A stretch of 64,000 nucleotides of DNA from Paramoeba atlantica (GCA_977017575.1 CDRNVI010000063.1:1-64000); one strand, 5' to 3'. Positions 55,101 to 64,000 are shown, counted from the first letter of the stretch. Made by a program: numbers and translations. Notes: generated from the letters alone by a model not told the origin.

Positions 55101-58100
55101 TTAAATGACACTAAAATTTGTTTGGTCGCAGGCTCAGGACTTGATTGCTGAAAAGTGGATGCTTTGGATGCCCTCTTAGATTTCACGGTATTTTCTTTTG
55201 TAATGCCCAAAGATTTCTTCTCCGCATCATACAATTTTTGACGCGCCTCTTCCTCATCCTTCGAAAAAGATTTACGTTCCTTTTCCTGGTCTCGGTACAA
55301 TTTGCTACGCAACGCTTTAAAATGCCTTGTAGTTTTCTTTTTCCATTTTTTCTCCTTTCCTGCAAGTTCCTCTTCGACTAGCTCAAGCAAAGAGGCATTG
55401 GCCTGTGCCGTTTGGAGAAGTTCGCTTGTGGAGGACTCGTTGGTAAAAGAGGGCGTCGCTTCTCCCGTGAATCGAATGGACACCGAGTTGGACGTAAACT
55501 TCGATTTCGAAAAATCCACAGAACGCCGGGTTATATTTGTTGTTGTCTTCGTAACCAGATCATTTTCCGGACCTAATTTGGCATCTAGTGTGGGACTGCC
55601 CAAAACGGATTTTGACACAACATCCTTGATAAACACATCCTCATGACTCGTGTAGTCAAGTGCTTCTTTTGGAGCCAAAGTCGTGCGTCCCACATTAATG
55701 GCGGATTGCTGAGATGCAGTCGTTAGCTTAGGCGCGAGATCGGGATGAACCGTTGACTTTAAGGAGGGAGAAGGCACAGGGTCGTCTAAAATCATTAGAG
55801 CGATGTCCACAAGAATAGAATCCGTTTCCGAATCCCAAAAACCCCCGACAGGATCAAATAACTTTTCCAAACTCACCACATTGTTAAATCCCCAGTCATT
55901 CTCCGCGGAATTGGACTGGAACCTCTGACATCCCTCGTTGCGAATACTCTCTCCTTCATTCACGTGCAGCAACGTAAGGATAAACTTACAGTGGACGTTT
56001 CCTGTCTGACAGAGATACAGCGCGAGGTGATCCTTGTGCTGCATCGCGAGCAGGCTCCATGGGACCCCACCGTACTGAAAATCCGGGCTGTAGTGCCGGT
56101 AGGGGTTCTTCCGCAACGAGCTCACGCGGGAGAGGCGAAAGCACACTCGTCCGGTGTGAAACACACTGGCAGCGTGCTCGAGAAAAAAACCGACCCCTCG
56201 TTTTCGTCGGCGTGAGGCTAGACGCTCCTTCTTGTGCCGGACACGTTCTCCAGGGACCACAGACCACACCACAAACTCGACTTGTTTATCCACTGAGAGG
56301 TTGCTGGGGTCCTCGCCGTTCTGCGGAGCGAATGCCCTGGTCGAGCTTTGAGACGACGTGTCCGTTGTTGCGTATTTATTTTTGCAATAGGCGGCAATTT
56401 CTGTAACCACCTTTTTAAGAAGACGGGGGCGCAGGGAACCGAGACCGGCGCGGAGTCCCGAGACGACTGTACGCTCGTACAAGTCTTGTGTATTTGCGTT
56501 GGTGTGAATATCTTGAGAGAGCAGCAAGGCGAGGGCAATTCCTTTGCGAATCTCCGGATACTCCTCCATGGTGGGGATAAAATCGCTTTCGAGACGACTC
56601 GCGAGACAGGATTTCGTGCCTTTCGGTCGTAACAACGGCTCCAGCAGGCGTTGCTTCTCCATCGCATGTATTACTTTTTCGACCCCGAGGCGAAATATGA
56701 GCTGTGCGACTGTGGCACTGGGGGATTTCTTTTGTTGTTGCTGCTGTGCCTTTGTCGGGTGAGGTCGAAGTACTTCAAGCACTTTCCTCAGCGTTTCACT
56801 GGAAAGTGCTTCCATCACAGATCGCCAGTCTGGCTCAATAACGTCCGGGAGAGGTGCTGCTTTGTTCAGCTGTGCGGCAGCTTCACCTTTTGTGTCGGTT
56901 TTTTCACTGGTGCCCGTTGTTTGCGTCTCAATACTCCCACTGGAGTGTCCAGATTTATGGTCTTCCGATTGAAGTCGCTCTTCCTCCTCCGTAAGAGCGC
57001 CATTGGACCCAGTCTCTTCATCCTCCTCCGGAGTATGCTTCCCACGTAAACTGCGACGCGCACGACCCTCCGCCAAAGGGTCCTGTGTGTGGTCCGCTAA
57101 ACAAGGAGGTGGGAATGGACCCCTTGCTGCTCGCACCATTCCATGTTCGTCCCGCACTTTCTTTGTCGCAAACATGCGGTAATCTTCCTGCTTTTTACGC
57201 GCATACTCTTCGTTTGCTTTCTGCAGCGCGGCATCGGCGGAGGAAGAGGTTGGATCATTTATCTTGGTATCTTTTATCCTTGATATCTGTGCCTTTTTGT
57301 CAATAACTGAGCCCTCCTTGGCATTAGTAGAGCTCCTGTTTTCTGCGTCATCCTGGTCGTCGTCTGTATCGAGATCTCTAGCGTCGAACCGCGTTGCGGT
57401 TTTTAGAACTCGGGAAGGGGCTAGTGACAAGAAATCTTTCGGAAGCGCATCCACAAAATCCTCAAAACATGGCCGACGGAATCTTTGGGAGATTTGAGCC
57501 AGACTCTTTTCCAGTGGCGTAGGCACACATTTTGCTGTGTTGTCCCTGGTATAATCCACCCGGGAAGCACTCACGGCATGACTCCCGATGGGTAACATCT
57601 CCGATGGCAAAAAGTCCTCTGCCTTTCCCTTCGAGAGCGTTCGGAAAGGTTTTCCCACCCCTTCACCTGGATCCCCCGCTAAATGCTCCACGCCACACAC
57701 CACTCGATCCCGCGTCATCGCCTCCAGCAACTTTAACGTTTCCTCCATGTTGCCCTCTGCGAGATAATGCTGCAGTAAGTCACGTTCCGTGGGCCGCATC
57801 GCATTTAAATACCCCGCGTGTTCTTCACCATTCAACACGGCGCGACCTCCATCTTCCACTACCCCCGCCTTTATCCCCCCGTTTCCTTCCTCTTCCCCAT
57901 GCAACAAAACCGACGAAACTCCCGGACCCGAGGACACTCTCCCCCGGGCACTCTCCCACTGCACTTTCCGTTCCACTACCTTCGGGTCCCGTAACGCCGC
58001 ACGATCTGCGGAAGCCCCACGGATCGGCGTTGGTTCCTTCCTCCCCTCTTTCCTCTGCTGCCCCTCCTGCTGCACTCTCTGCTCCCTCTCCCTTGCTCCT

Positions 58101-59368
58101 GCCACCATTGCGGCTACCCCCGCTAACTCGCGGAACCTACGACCCAACAACAGCGTGTTGAGTTTGTCCCGAGCTCGTGGGGGTGGGTGACTACCACTAC
58201 GACCACTACTGCCTTTACACTGTTGTAACGCAGCCGTGAGATCCCGTCGTAGGGTATGGGAGAGGGAGAGGAGAGAGGAGGGGGAGTCAGGAGAAGAATC
58301 ATTAGGATTATGATTACTATGATTCATCATCCTCATTGAGTTGTGAGCGCTATGATGATTTATGTGATGCTCATCTTTAAGAGAGCAAGGATGGGGGGTG
58401 TCATTATGGTTGTGACGGGTGTGATGAGAATGACCCTCATCATTATTTATCATCATCCTCGGGTTGTGAGGGCTGTGATGGGGACCATCATGGTTGTGAG
58501 AGATAGGATGGGAGGAATTGTGATCATTAGGGGAGCTGTGATGAGGAGTATCCTCATCAGGAGAGCTGTGATGAGAAGGGCCCTCATTGTGAGGGTTGTG
58601 ATGAGAATGATTATCATCATCATCATGATGGTGGTGAGGGTTATGATGAAGAGGTAGGGAAGGATGAGGAAGGGGTAGGGTAGGGTCGTGTGGGGGTAGG
58701 TATGGTAGGGGATGGGAGAATGTACGAGTCGTGTCCTCTGAGGGGAGGGAAGTTTCGGGGTGTTGTTGAGGGGATGTGTCATAAGAACGAGAGAGAGGTG
58801 AAAGGAGAGGAGGAAGGCGTCGAGAGGGCCCGATTTGTGAGAGTGTTCCGTGATCCAACGCATCGAGTGCGGCGAGGAGAGCATATAAAGTGTCACAAGG
58901 GGAGGACGGGTACGGCGGGGATGGCAGTGCGGTGGGGGGTGGGGCGTTGAGGTGGGGTGTAGGGGAATCGGGCGTGAGAGGAGGTCTTGTGGCAGACGTC
59001 AGCGTGTCGGTGATCTGTGCCGCATCCTCCCATGCACGAGGCTCGGTAGGATCCTGTGCACGTCTCTTTTTCTTGGTCTCTTGTCGTGATAGAAGCGACA
59101 AGGGGATTGAAGGGATCGAATGCGCCGCGCTCTCACTAGAGATTTCCATGGGTCTGCGCACGGCCGTGGTGGTTACGCCGACTGACCCAAATGGGATGCC
59201 GCGAGATAGGGAGAGATCTTTGCCAATACCAGTTTTAATTTCGGATTGCGGGTTGATCGGAAGCGTAGGGATCTTGGGCGGAGGAGCATCAAGTTTGCAG
59301 TGAAGCGTTTCGTCGAAGGCCACATTTGCAGGAGTGGAATGATCTGGGCGAGACGCAGAAGAGCCCAT
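52181..59368 (-). CDS. Large MATH-domain and coiled-coil protein with low-complexity tracts; probable start MGSSAS at 59368
   Basis: MATH motif YSPDFQYGGVPWSLL...LALYL...CKFILTLL...DWGFNNVVSLEKLFDP..GFW....ILVDI; downstream coiled coil. Confidence 0.8.
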   Translation of the reverse strand: MGSSASRPDHSTPANVAFDETLHCKLDAPPPKIPTLPINPQSEIKTGIGKDLSLSRGIPFGSVGVTTTAVRRPMEISSESAAHSIPSIPLSLLSRQETKKKRRAQDPTEPRAWEDAAQITDTLTSATRPPLTPDSPTPHLNAPPPTALPSPPYPSSPCDTLYALLAALDALDHGTLSQIGPSRRLPPLLSPLSRSYDTSPQQHPETSLPSEDTTRTFSHPLPYLPPHDPTLPLPHPSLPLHHNPHHHHDDDDNHSHHNPHNEGPSHHSSPDEDTPHHSSPNDHNSSHPISHNHDGPHHSPHNPRMMINNDEGHSHHTRHNHNDTPHPCSLKDEHHINHHSAHNSMRMMNHSNHNPNDSSPDSPSSLLSLSHTLRRDLTAALQQCKGSSGRSGSHPPPRARDKLNTLLLGRRFRELAGVAAMVAGAREREQRVQQEGQQRKEGRKEPTPIRGASADRAALRDPKVVERKVQWESARGRVSSGPGVSSVLLHGEEEGNGGIKAGVVEDGGRAVLNGEEHAGYLNAMRPTERDLLQHYLAEGNMEETLKLLEAMTRDRVVCGVEHLAGDPGEGVGKPFRTLSKGKAEDFLPSEMLPIGSHAVSASRVDYTRDNTAKCVPTPLEKSLAQISQRFRRPCFEDFVDALPKDFLSLAPSRVLKTATRFDARDLDTDDDQDDAENRSSTNAKEGSVIDKKAQISRIKDTKINDPTSSSADAALQKANEEYARKKQEDYRMFATKKVRDEHGMVRAARGPFPPPCLADHTQDPLAEGRARRSLRGKHTPEEDEETGSNGALTEEEERLQSEDHKSGHSSGSIETQTTGTSEKTDTKGEAAAQLNKAAPLPDVIEPDWRSVMEALSSETLRKVLEVLRPHPTKAQQQQQKKSPSATVAQLIFRLGVEKVIHAMEKQRLLEPLLRPKGTKSCLASRLESDFIPTMEEYPEIRKGIALALLLSQDIHTNANTQDLYERTVVSGLRAGLGSLRPRLLKKVVTEIAAYCKNKYATTDTSSQSSTRAFAPQNGEDPSNLSVDKQVEFVVWSVVPGERVRHKKERLASRRRKRGVGFFLEHAASVFHTGRVCFRLSRVSSLRKNPYRHYSPDFQYGGVPWSLLAMQHKDHLALYLCQTGNVHCKFILTLLHVNEGESIRNEGCQRFQSNSAENDWGFNNVVSLEKLFDPVGGFWDSETDSILVDIALMILDDPVPSPSLKSTVHPDLAPKLTTASQQSAINVGRTTLAPKEALDYTSHEDVFIKDVVSKSVLGSPTLDAKLGPENDLVTKTTTNITRRSVDFSKSKFTSNSVSIRFTGEATPSFTNESSTSELLQTAQANASLLELVEEELAGKEKKWKKKTTRHFKALRSKLYRDQEKERKSFSKDEEEARQKLYDAEKKSLGITKENTVKSKRASKASTFQQSSPEPATKQILVSFNDYGDKSLSCEIKEIQEATSAVRAETAKLTEDLSQLLSEKSTTERKITDIVSQERQTRQKLKLMRSKVARKQAILDDYSVTLRDLENSISHVRAQKESATGETKTKESKRAEPQLLNASTGKALHDTTIEKQDDSSTLSYSRSKSPRSPVPSTPPLLSRSSNKSKRGIKTGETRELRHSETSKKPLTSPGGDEKNGLSLEAESLLHSSGLPDNIAKDAPPLRDVLPTSTFHSPHVTPHTTLSPSALHKTPPGALPPPFPLVAPPLTIHPSQSLPFPSCSSTHEPPPYAPPHISPHPSTRSSPQRPPLPPSLPYPSQALPFPDPSLPHPSSSTLPFLPFPPPTPYGARSHLPYQEIPSPQGVLSQRASPQRVSPQGVPSERAPPQGVPSERVPPQAVPSERVYPQGIPSERVPSQGIPSERVYPQGIPASTTTNMYRIPNANTTPSLPQQQQQQQQPMELPLPPPPPPQTGTFPPPPLYPPHESSSSSTLPSPFPMTPAFPGPMGPHGPPGHGPLPPLQPPPVPPNAYTHVLPTRGGWEKGESGRKERKWETLMNPMALPHPMGPPPTTTTATTTTMSSVAFPFPLPHPHGATLPLGHRREMHEASPMFHESSPHFYEGLTLQTPFIPSTTGGSNPTSPQGVKDYPAAWGESGFSSSGRPALPEPQLNHAKGKNKIRQRLSGVHPSKETFLSFPMTPEVGLGNVYNPLGSSYAPVASSVGKKENRAGRVGSLPKMKGGFIPEVTGTGMPSLEKQSVHPGWDSHPLGEAEQGVNFVPYSTNVLGSNSSHFTQGMGRPLRDSSQIRGGSLPGAFEHFQRQPPSGNTFEENFMLGYSSSPGSYVGSGASPTTLDPFSISFPTEENSEQDEPLNAGEELNPSEYVDAARDASKVLSALKMATLQQDQNNQNGKGIRELGKGSVQPESGAFEHFEPSLSLGELEESGWSPTFSQQGRTADPSLVSILENWSRAQNESTE
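53823..54030. repeat. Coding 30-bp tandem repeat (PQGVPSERVx, ~7 copies) within the MATH gene
   Basis: GAATCCCTTGAGGATAAACCCGTTCAGAAG variants. Confidence 0.9.
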
Positions 59369-60405
59369 AAAAGTGATGAACTTGTAGTGGTGATAAGCAA
59401 CTCTACAAGAAAGATAATTTGCACGATAGATCAGATAATATACTAAAGATACATTTTTTTTGATACTTCTTTTTGGGATGAACGACATGAAAAGCAAAAA
59501 AAACTTTTTTAGTCTTCTTGAAGAAGGATTCATACAGTTAAACTGTAGACATTAAGTCAAATAGCCTGAGATCACACAAAATACATGTATGATCCCGTAC
59601 GCGCATACGACGTGTTTGGCTATTCATGTTTACCCATCCGAAACACAATATCCATAGTGTTTCAGGTTGTGCGGTCCAGATCTTGGTATGCAGTGGGGGG
59701 TCACGAAAACGGTGCGGGGTATAAAATTTGTACCGTGCGAGCTCTTGACGTAATTCCTTTGGCATTCAAAAGATCTCGAATTTTTAAGACTACTAGCACC
59801 ATTGTTGCCCCCTCTGAAGCTGGTATGACGTCATGAGAAAAATTTACTGCAAATTTTACCCGAAAATTCTGCAAAAATCAGATTTTTATCATTTTGTATC
59901 ATTTTAGCGCATCAAACTATGAATAAAAACAAAATGGTTTCTATAACTGGTTAAAACGGAAACCAGCGGCTACAGTGATCATGGATAACGCTCAGGGCCA
60001 TAATCATGCTCGACGTATCGGAGAGATATGAGTATTAGCATTCCGGATTGGCCTGCCAAGTCGCCGGATTTAAATTTAATTCAAATTTTTGGAGCATGAT
60101 GGACCACACATAAAATTTACTCTCCGCCCCACAAACCGTAAGGAACTGCAAGCTGCAATTCCAAAAGCGCTTGATTATCTATTATCTGATATAAAAGCAT
60201 CGTATAATAATACTTTGACAAGCTTCCCGTCCCGAATCAGACTTATTTGAGAAAAATGGGGGATCAATAAATAAATAGTGAGCAAATCCAAATGTGCAAA
60301 AAAAGACCGTTTTTTACCGACTCACCATTATCACCCAACCTTATACATATATGCCTAAGTAATTATAACGCACCTAGTCTTAAAATTTCGAGATCTGTTG
60401 AATTA

Positions 60406-61692
60406 CTGTCCCCCCCTATTTAGTGTGGAGTGAAATTCGGCAAAATCCAACACTAAATAGGGGGGGGGTAAGAAGTCTCCTTCCCTCAAAAAAAAAACGC
60501 GCCGCTTCGCGCCGTATTGTTTTCAAAATCACGATTGTAAAGGAGTGCCCGGTTTACTATACCCCCCGGTATGGTACGAGATCATACATATGGTAGCAGG
60601 TCACAGGTATGGTAAGTTGTTGGGATAAATTTGTAAAAAAGTGATTACCAGCATAAGTTAGTAGTGGATGTTAATAATATCACCAACAAAAAGTCATAGA
60701 AATGAAAAAACGCGATAAATAGTACAGAAAACAGATAAATACTGCTCTGTAGGGTTATGATCTACGTGGACCACCTCGAACAAGAAGTCGATATCATATG
60801 TTGTCTGCCTGAAGAACCAGCGGAGGGTATGCTATCGGCCATGGGTCACGATACCATACCCCCCCGGTGTGGTACCAGGTCACAGGCATGCTAAATAGCA
60901 ATAGTAGATAAAATCTTCCATGCCGCAAAAAGAGGAAATCAGAATTGAAATTCGGACGGCGAAATTCGACAAGAGATTTGAGATGCACTGAAATCTCTTT
61001 TCCAGCCGCTTCAACGCGGTATTTTACAAAAGAGCGCCTGTAAATCAATCGTTCATGAGCTGATTTTAGAATATGAAGCGGGAAACACGATTCTTGCCAT
61101 CGATTTCAAGAACGCATACAACGCACCACACCGTACAGCGATCGAACAGGCCTATTTCAGTACCCTGTTTTCAAACACTTCTTGTGAATGTTCTATCTAG
61201 AATACGGTCAGCCATCAGGGCCCCTTTTCCTTGCCAATAACTGATAAACGGGACCCCCGTTTAGTATTATTTCACTGGGTTGGGGATACAGCTTTATAAA
61301 CTCTGTGGGGCATTAGTATACTAAGTATAAAGGCCTGTGGGTGGACATCTTGCAAAGGGGTATACAGCTATAAAGGCTAGGTCTGACAAGCAAAGTACAT
61401 ATAAAGGAGAACCAAACAAGCGAAAAATGAATACAACCCGCTCACCAAAAATGGGACCAACGTTTATAGAGCTACGAGTCCTGCTTTTTTGTTGATTGCA
61501 AATATCACCATGAATGATTAAAGTAAATCAGTAGAAATAGGTGAACAATCACAAATGACAAGCAAAGATAAGAAAAAAAGTGTTTGGAAAAAACGAATTA
61601 AGCGCCGCTTCGCGGCGCCTATACGCACAGAACCCAAAATTCAACACTAAATAGGGGGGGTTGAGCACTCAACAGTAAATAGGGGGGGACAG
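60406..61692. mobile_element. Nested non-autonomous element with CTGTCCCCCCCTATTTA TIRs and TA duplication
   Basis: TA at 60404-60405 and 61693-61694; removing it restores GAATTACGTCAA, the inverse of the left Tc1 TIR. Confidence 0.85.
60982..61152 (+). mobile_element. CRE-clade reverse transcriptase fragment inside the nested MITE
   Basis: Hand translation: DALKSLFQPLQRGILQKSACKSIVHEL...ILAIDFKNAYNAPHRTAIEQA. Confidence 0.7.
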
Positions 61693-62068
61693 TACGTCAA
61701 AAGCTCGCACGGCACAAATTTTATACCCCGCACCGTTTTCGTGACCCCCTCTGTATAGTAAAACTCCTCCTAAAGGCCCTCGTCACCAAGTGTTGGCGAC
61801 ACTCTTTCGCAAGCTCTGTGTCCTCGCAGAAGAGCATGTCCAATTTACTCGCCGAGTCTTGGAGACTTCCTCGTGTCCCAATATCTGGGGCAAATAGATA
61901 TGCTTCGAGATAATTATGCTTTTGCGTATGCCACAGGTGGTTGTATTTCAGTTGAGACTCCGAAAAAAGTTTGGAATTAGGATAATAAAAAAATTGGAAT
62001 TGGGATAATAAATTATACTATTTCAAAATTAATATTTGGAATAAAATACGCATGCTTTCATGCTCATA

Positions 62069-62779
62069 CTAAAAATTAGCATGATAGGGATTTACGTCGT
62101 TATAAATCTCAACGCATTTAGGCCTACTACTGTAGAATAGAGTATTTCTACTCAAGCTCAAGACACTAAGGCTCCGTGGAAGCATAGAAAAGTTGACTCT
62201 ACCAGAAAAGAAATTGTATGCTAGCCAAGCGTACTCAATATTTGGAGGAAGTTGCGTAAGATCAATGATCCCATCAAACCGATTGTGTTCTATGTTGAGA
62301 CCGTACAGTTTTGGGGGCAGCCGAGTAAAATCCAGTGCTCCAAAGAAATCCCCTCTAAGATCAGACTCAACAGAAAACTCTTTTAACTCATGCGGGAGTA
62401 CAGAAAAATCAATCATGTCCTGGAGTCGATTGTCTCGCAATTTTCCTCGACGGATACCTTTGCCAATATATAGTTTGACGGTTGAGAGCGGAAGATGGGA
62501 CCAATCAACCCGACCCCTTAGTTCGAAGCCACCCCAAAGTATTTCAAATCCTGCGTCTGTAGTCTGCACTCCGACCCATTCCTTAATAGATTTGTTTGCC
62601 TTCCACGTAGGATGAGGGTTTTGAACGAAGCGGACGAAACGTGAAAGTTCAACCTCAGGAGGAAGATATTGCCCTCGTACCTTCCCCGCTCTGGAAGTAG
62701 AAGTGTCGGCTGCACCTAACATCGTACGGAAGCCAATTATATTCGAGTCACCAGAAAAAGCCATTACGGATAACGTCAT
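62069..62779 (-). CDS. Leucine-rich repeat protein
   Basis: RAGKVRGQYLPPEVEL..FVQNPHPTW...EWVGV cap and about 4-5 LRRs. Confidence 0.9.
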   Translation of the reverse strand: MTLSVMAFSGDSNIIGFRTMLGAADTSTSRAGKVRGQYLPPEVELSRFVRFVQNPHPTWKANKSIKEWVGVQTTDAGFEILWGGFELRGRVDWSHLPLSTVKLYIGKGIRRGKLRDNRLQDMIDFSVLPHELKEFSVESDLRGDFFGALDFTRLPPKLYGLNIEHNRFDGIIDLTQLPPNIEYAWLAYNFFSGRVNFSMLPRSLSVLSLSRNTLFYSSRPKCVEIYNDVNPYHANF

Positions 62780-62841
62780 TAGGGACTGAAAAGTATAATA
62801 TAATATAAAATATAATATAATTTCTTTAATATTTTTTTTAT

Positions 62842-63161
62842 GAAAAAATCCGAACTTGGCGGACCCGTCCTGCGGATATGCGGGGGGGTCACCCCCGGGT
62901 AGGGGAGTGAAAAATGCGCGCCAAGACCCCGGCTACCGCTTCTGCGGTTTTTTTTCGAAAAATATTTTTTTCAAAAAACATTTCGTGCGGTATGCCCCCC
63001 CTTAGACCCCCCCCATGGACCCCCCATTTTTTTCAATTCTTTTTTTCAATTTTGGACCACCGGAGCCCCCTTTTATATTTTTTTCTTCTATCATATTACT
63101 GTGTTTCTCTTATTTTTTTGTCAAAAATCGAGGGTAGAGCGGTAGTTATACAACCACCGCA
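62842..63161 (+). repeat. Dispersed repeat family A, second copy
   Basis: Homologous to 20826-21146, same hairpin terminus. Confidence 0.9.
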
Positions 63162-63694
63162 ATACCATTGTTAGTAATAGGTGATTGTTAATAATAGATG
63201 AACCCCCTCTTTATGTACATGTACTTTTATATCGTTTTTTAAAAGTTATCATCAAAAGTCCCCAACATGTATCTTATTGATATAAGCCCTCTTTTGTATG
63301 TAACGCGTACATTACTATAAGCAGTCCAAACGAGATATCTCGTATGGGGCACACTTGCTCTCCCCAGGAGAGGCAAACAAATCACCTCCGCCTAGGCATC
63401 GGAGTGCGTGAACTCCGAGCGGTACTCGCTACCGGTAAACGAGCAGAGGGACTTTCCTCGGAGTGCGTGTGAAACTTAAAAATAAGCTTCAGAGACATCA
63501 ACACCTGAAGAAAGTTGTTTCGTCTCGTTGCCTCACTCCGTGCACGTACAAGATAACTTTGACGGGTAACTTTAAGTCGAGCGCACGGAAACAAATTCCG
63601 AGCTCAACTGATGTAATCATGTAGATAAGAATGTGACAAGAATATGACACACGTATTAAATAATATTTAATCACCCTCTATTTACTATTTAGTA

Positions 63695-63821
63695 CCTTGT
63701 CTCCCTATTTAGTGTTTTTTCTGCTTCGTAGACATTGACGAAACTGCGCCAATTTTTTTCCCTCCCCTACTTAGTGTTGGATTTTGCCCAATTCTACCAA
63801 ACACTAAATAGGGGGGGACGG
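63695..63821. mobile_element. Short MITE of the CCCTATTTAGTGT family
   Basis: Degenerate TIRs, TA flanks, and internal repeats shared with 60406-60470. Confidence 0.65.
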
Positions 63822-64000
63822 TATATAAAAATTTTTCTCTCGACCGAATATTGCGTTGCTGGCTAAAGCCATCTATTACGATGTAAAGAATTTAAGATAC
63901 TGGCGAGGTAGGAGAGAAATAAAGCAAGAAACTCATTGCTTTTTACCGTTAGTTTTTATCATTAGTTTTTTTAGGAATAAATTTCAGTCGTTTTTTGATT

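Larger units (their letters stand above)
59691..61753 (+). mobile_element. Degenerate Tc1/mariner element (family 2) with ~66-bp TIRs (CAGWGGGGGTCACGAAAACGG...); transposase remnant at 59981-60275
   Basis: TIRs at 59691-59756 and 61693-61753 (right TIR split by a nested MITE); MDNA..H, WPAKSPDLNLIQIFWSMMD. Confidence 0.85.

Noticed and set aside
51095-58657. Plus-strand ORFs such as 51095-51778, 53533-54081 and 57532-58161 (also 27242-28260 and 44491-45132)
   Set aside because: Antisense shadows of GC-skewed or repetitive minus-strand genes, with low-complexity translations.
59369-59533. N-terminal extensions of called ORFs (MATH gene 59369-59533; also 41240-41398 and 43244-43549)
   Set aside because: AT-rich, UTR-like sequence or overlap with the neighbouring gene; downstream Met codons are more plausible starts.
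60715-60740. SL-like match (TTTTCTGTACTATTT on the minus strand) and TTTCTGTAC at ~30300
   Set aside because: Only 9-10 nt match and they lack the CTTGTTG end and upstream block; the 30290 one is part of a local palindrome.

Overview
Eukaryotic, intron-free, transposon-rich DNA, most consistent with a kinetoplastid, probably a Perkinsela-like prokinetoplastid. The organism call is inference from three things: all host genes lie on the minus strand (a directional gene cluster), three genomic copies of a kinetoplastid-type spliced-leader (SL) 3' block occur, and a large family of short LRR genes is present. Host genes: an SCC2/NIPBL cohesin loader, a TMEM245/AI-2E-like membrane protein, a large MATH-domain protein, two probable mitochondrial proteins, one orphan ORF, and 12 LRR paralogues (9 apparently intact, 3 dead). 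Intergenic space holds hAT, Tc1/mariner, Merlin, CRE-like, DIRS/VIPER-like and RNase H retroelement debris plus several MITE and hairpin families. Main discovery: two diverged HERO-like (R2-group, RT plus restriction-like endonuclease) retrotransposons each split a different LRR gene at the same position of the LRR motif (x|L-S-x-N). The full-length copy begins with an SL sequence fused directly to its 5' UTR, implying it was copied from a trans-spliced mRNA. Both share a covarying 3' UTR hairpin. All calls were made by eye; no database searches were run.
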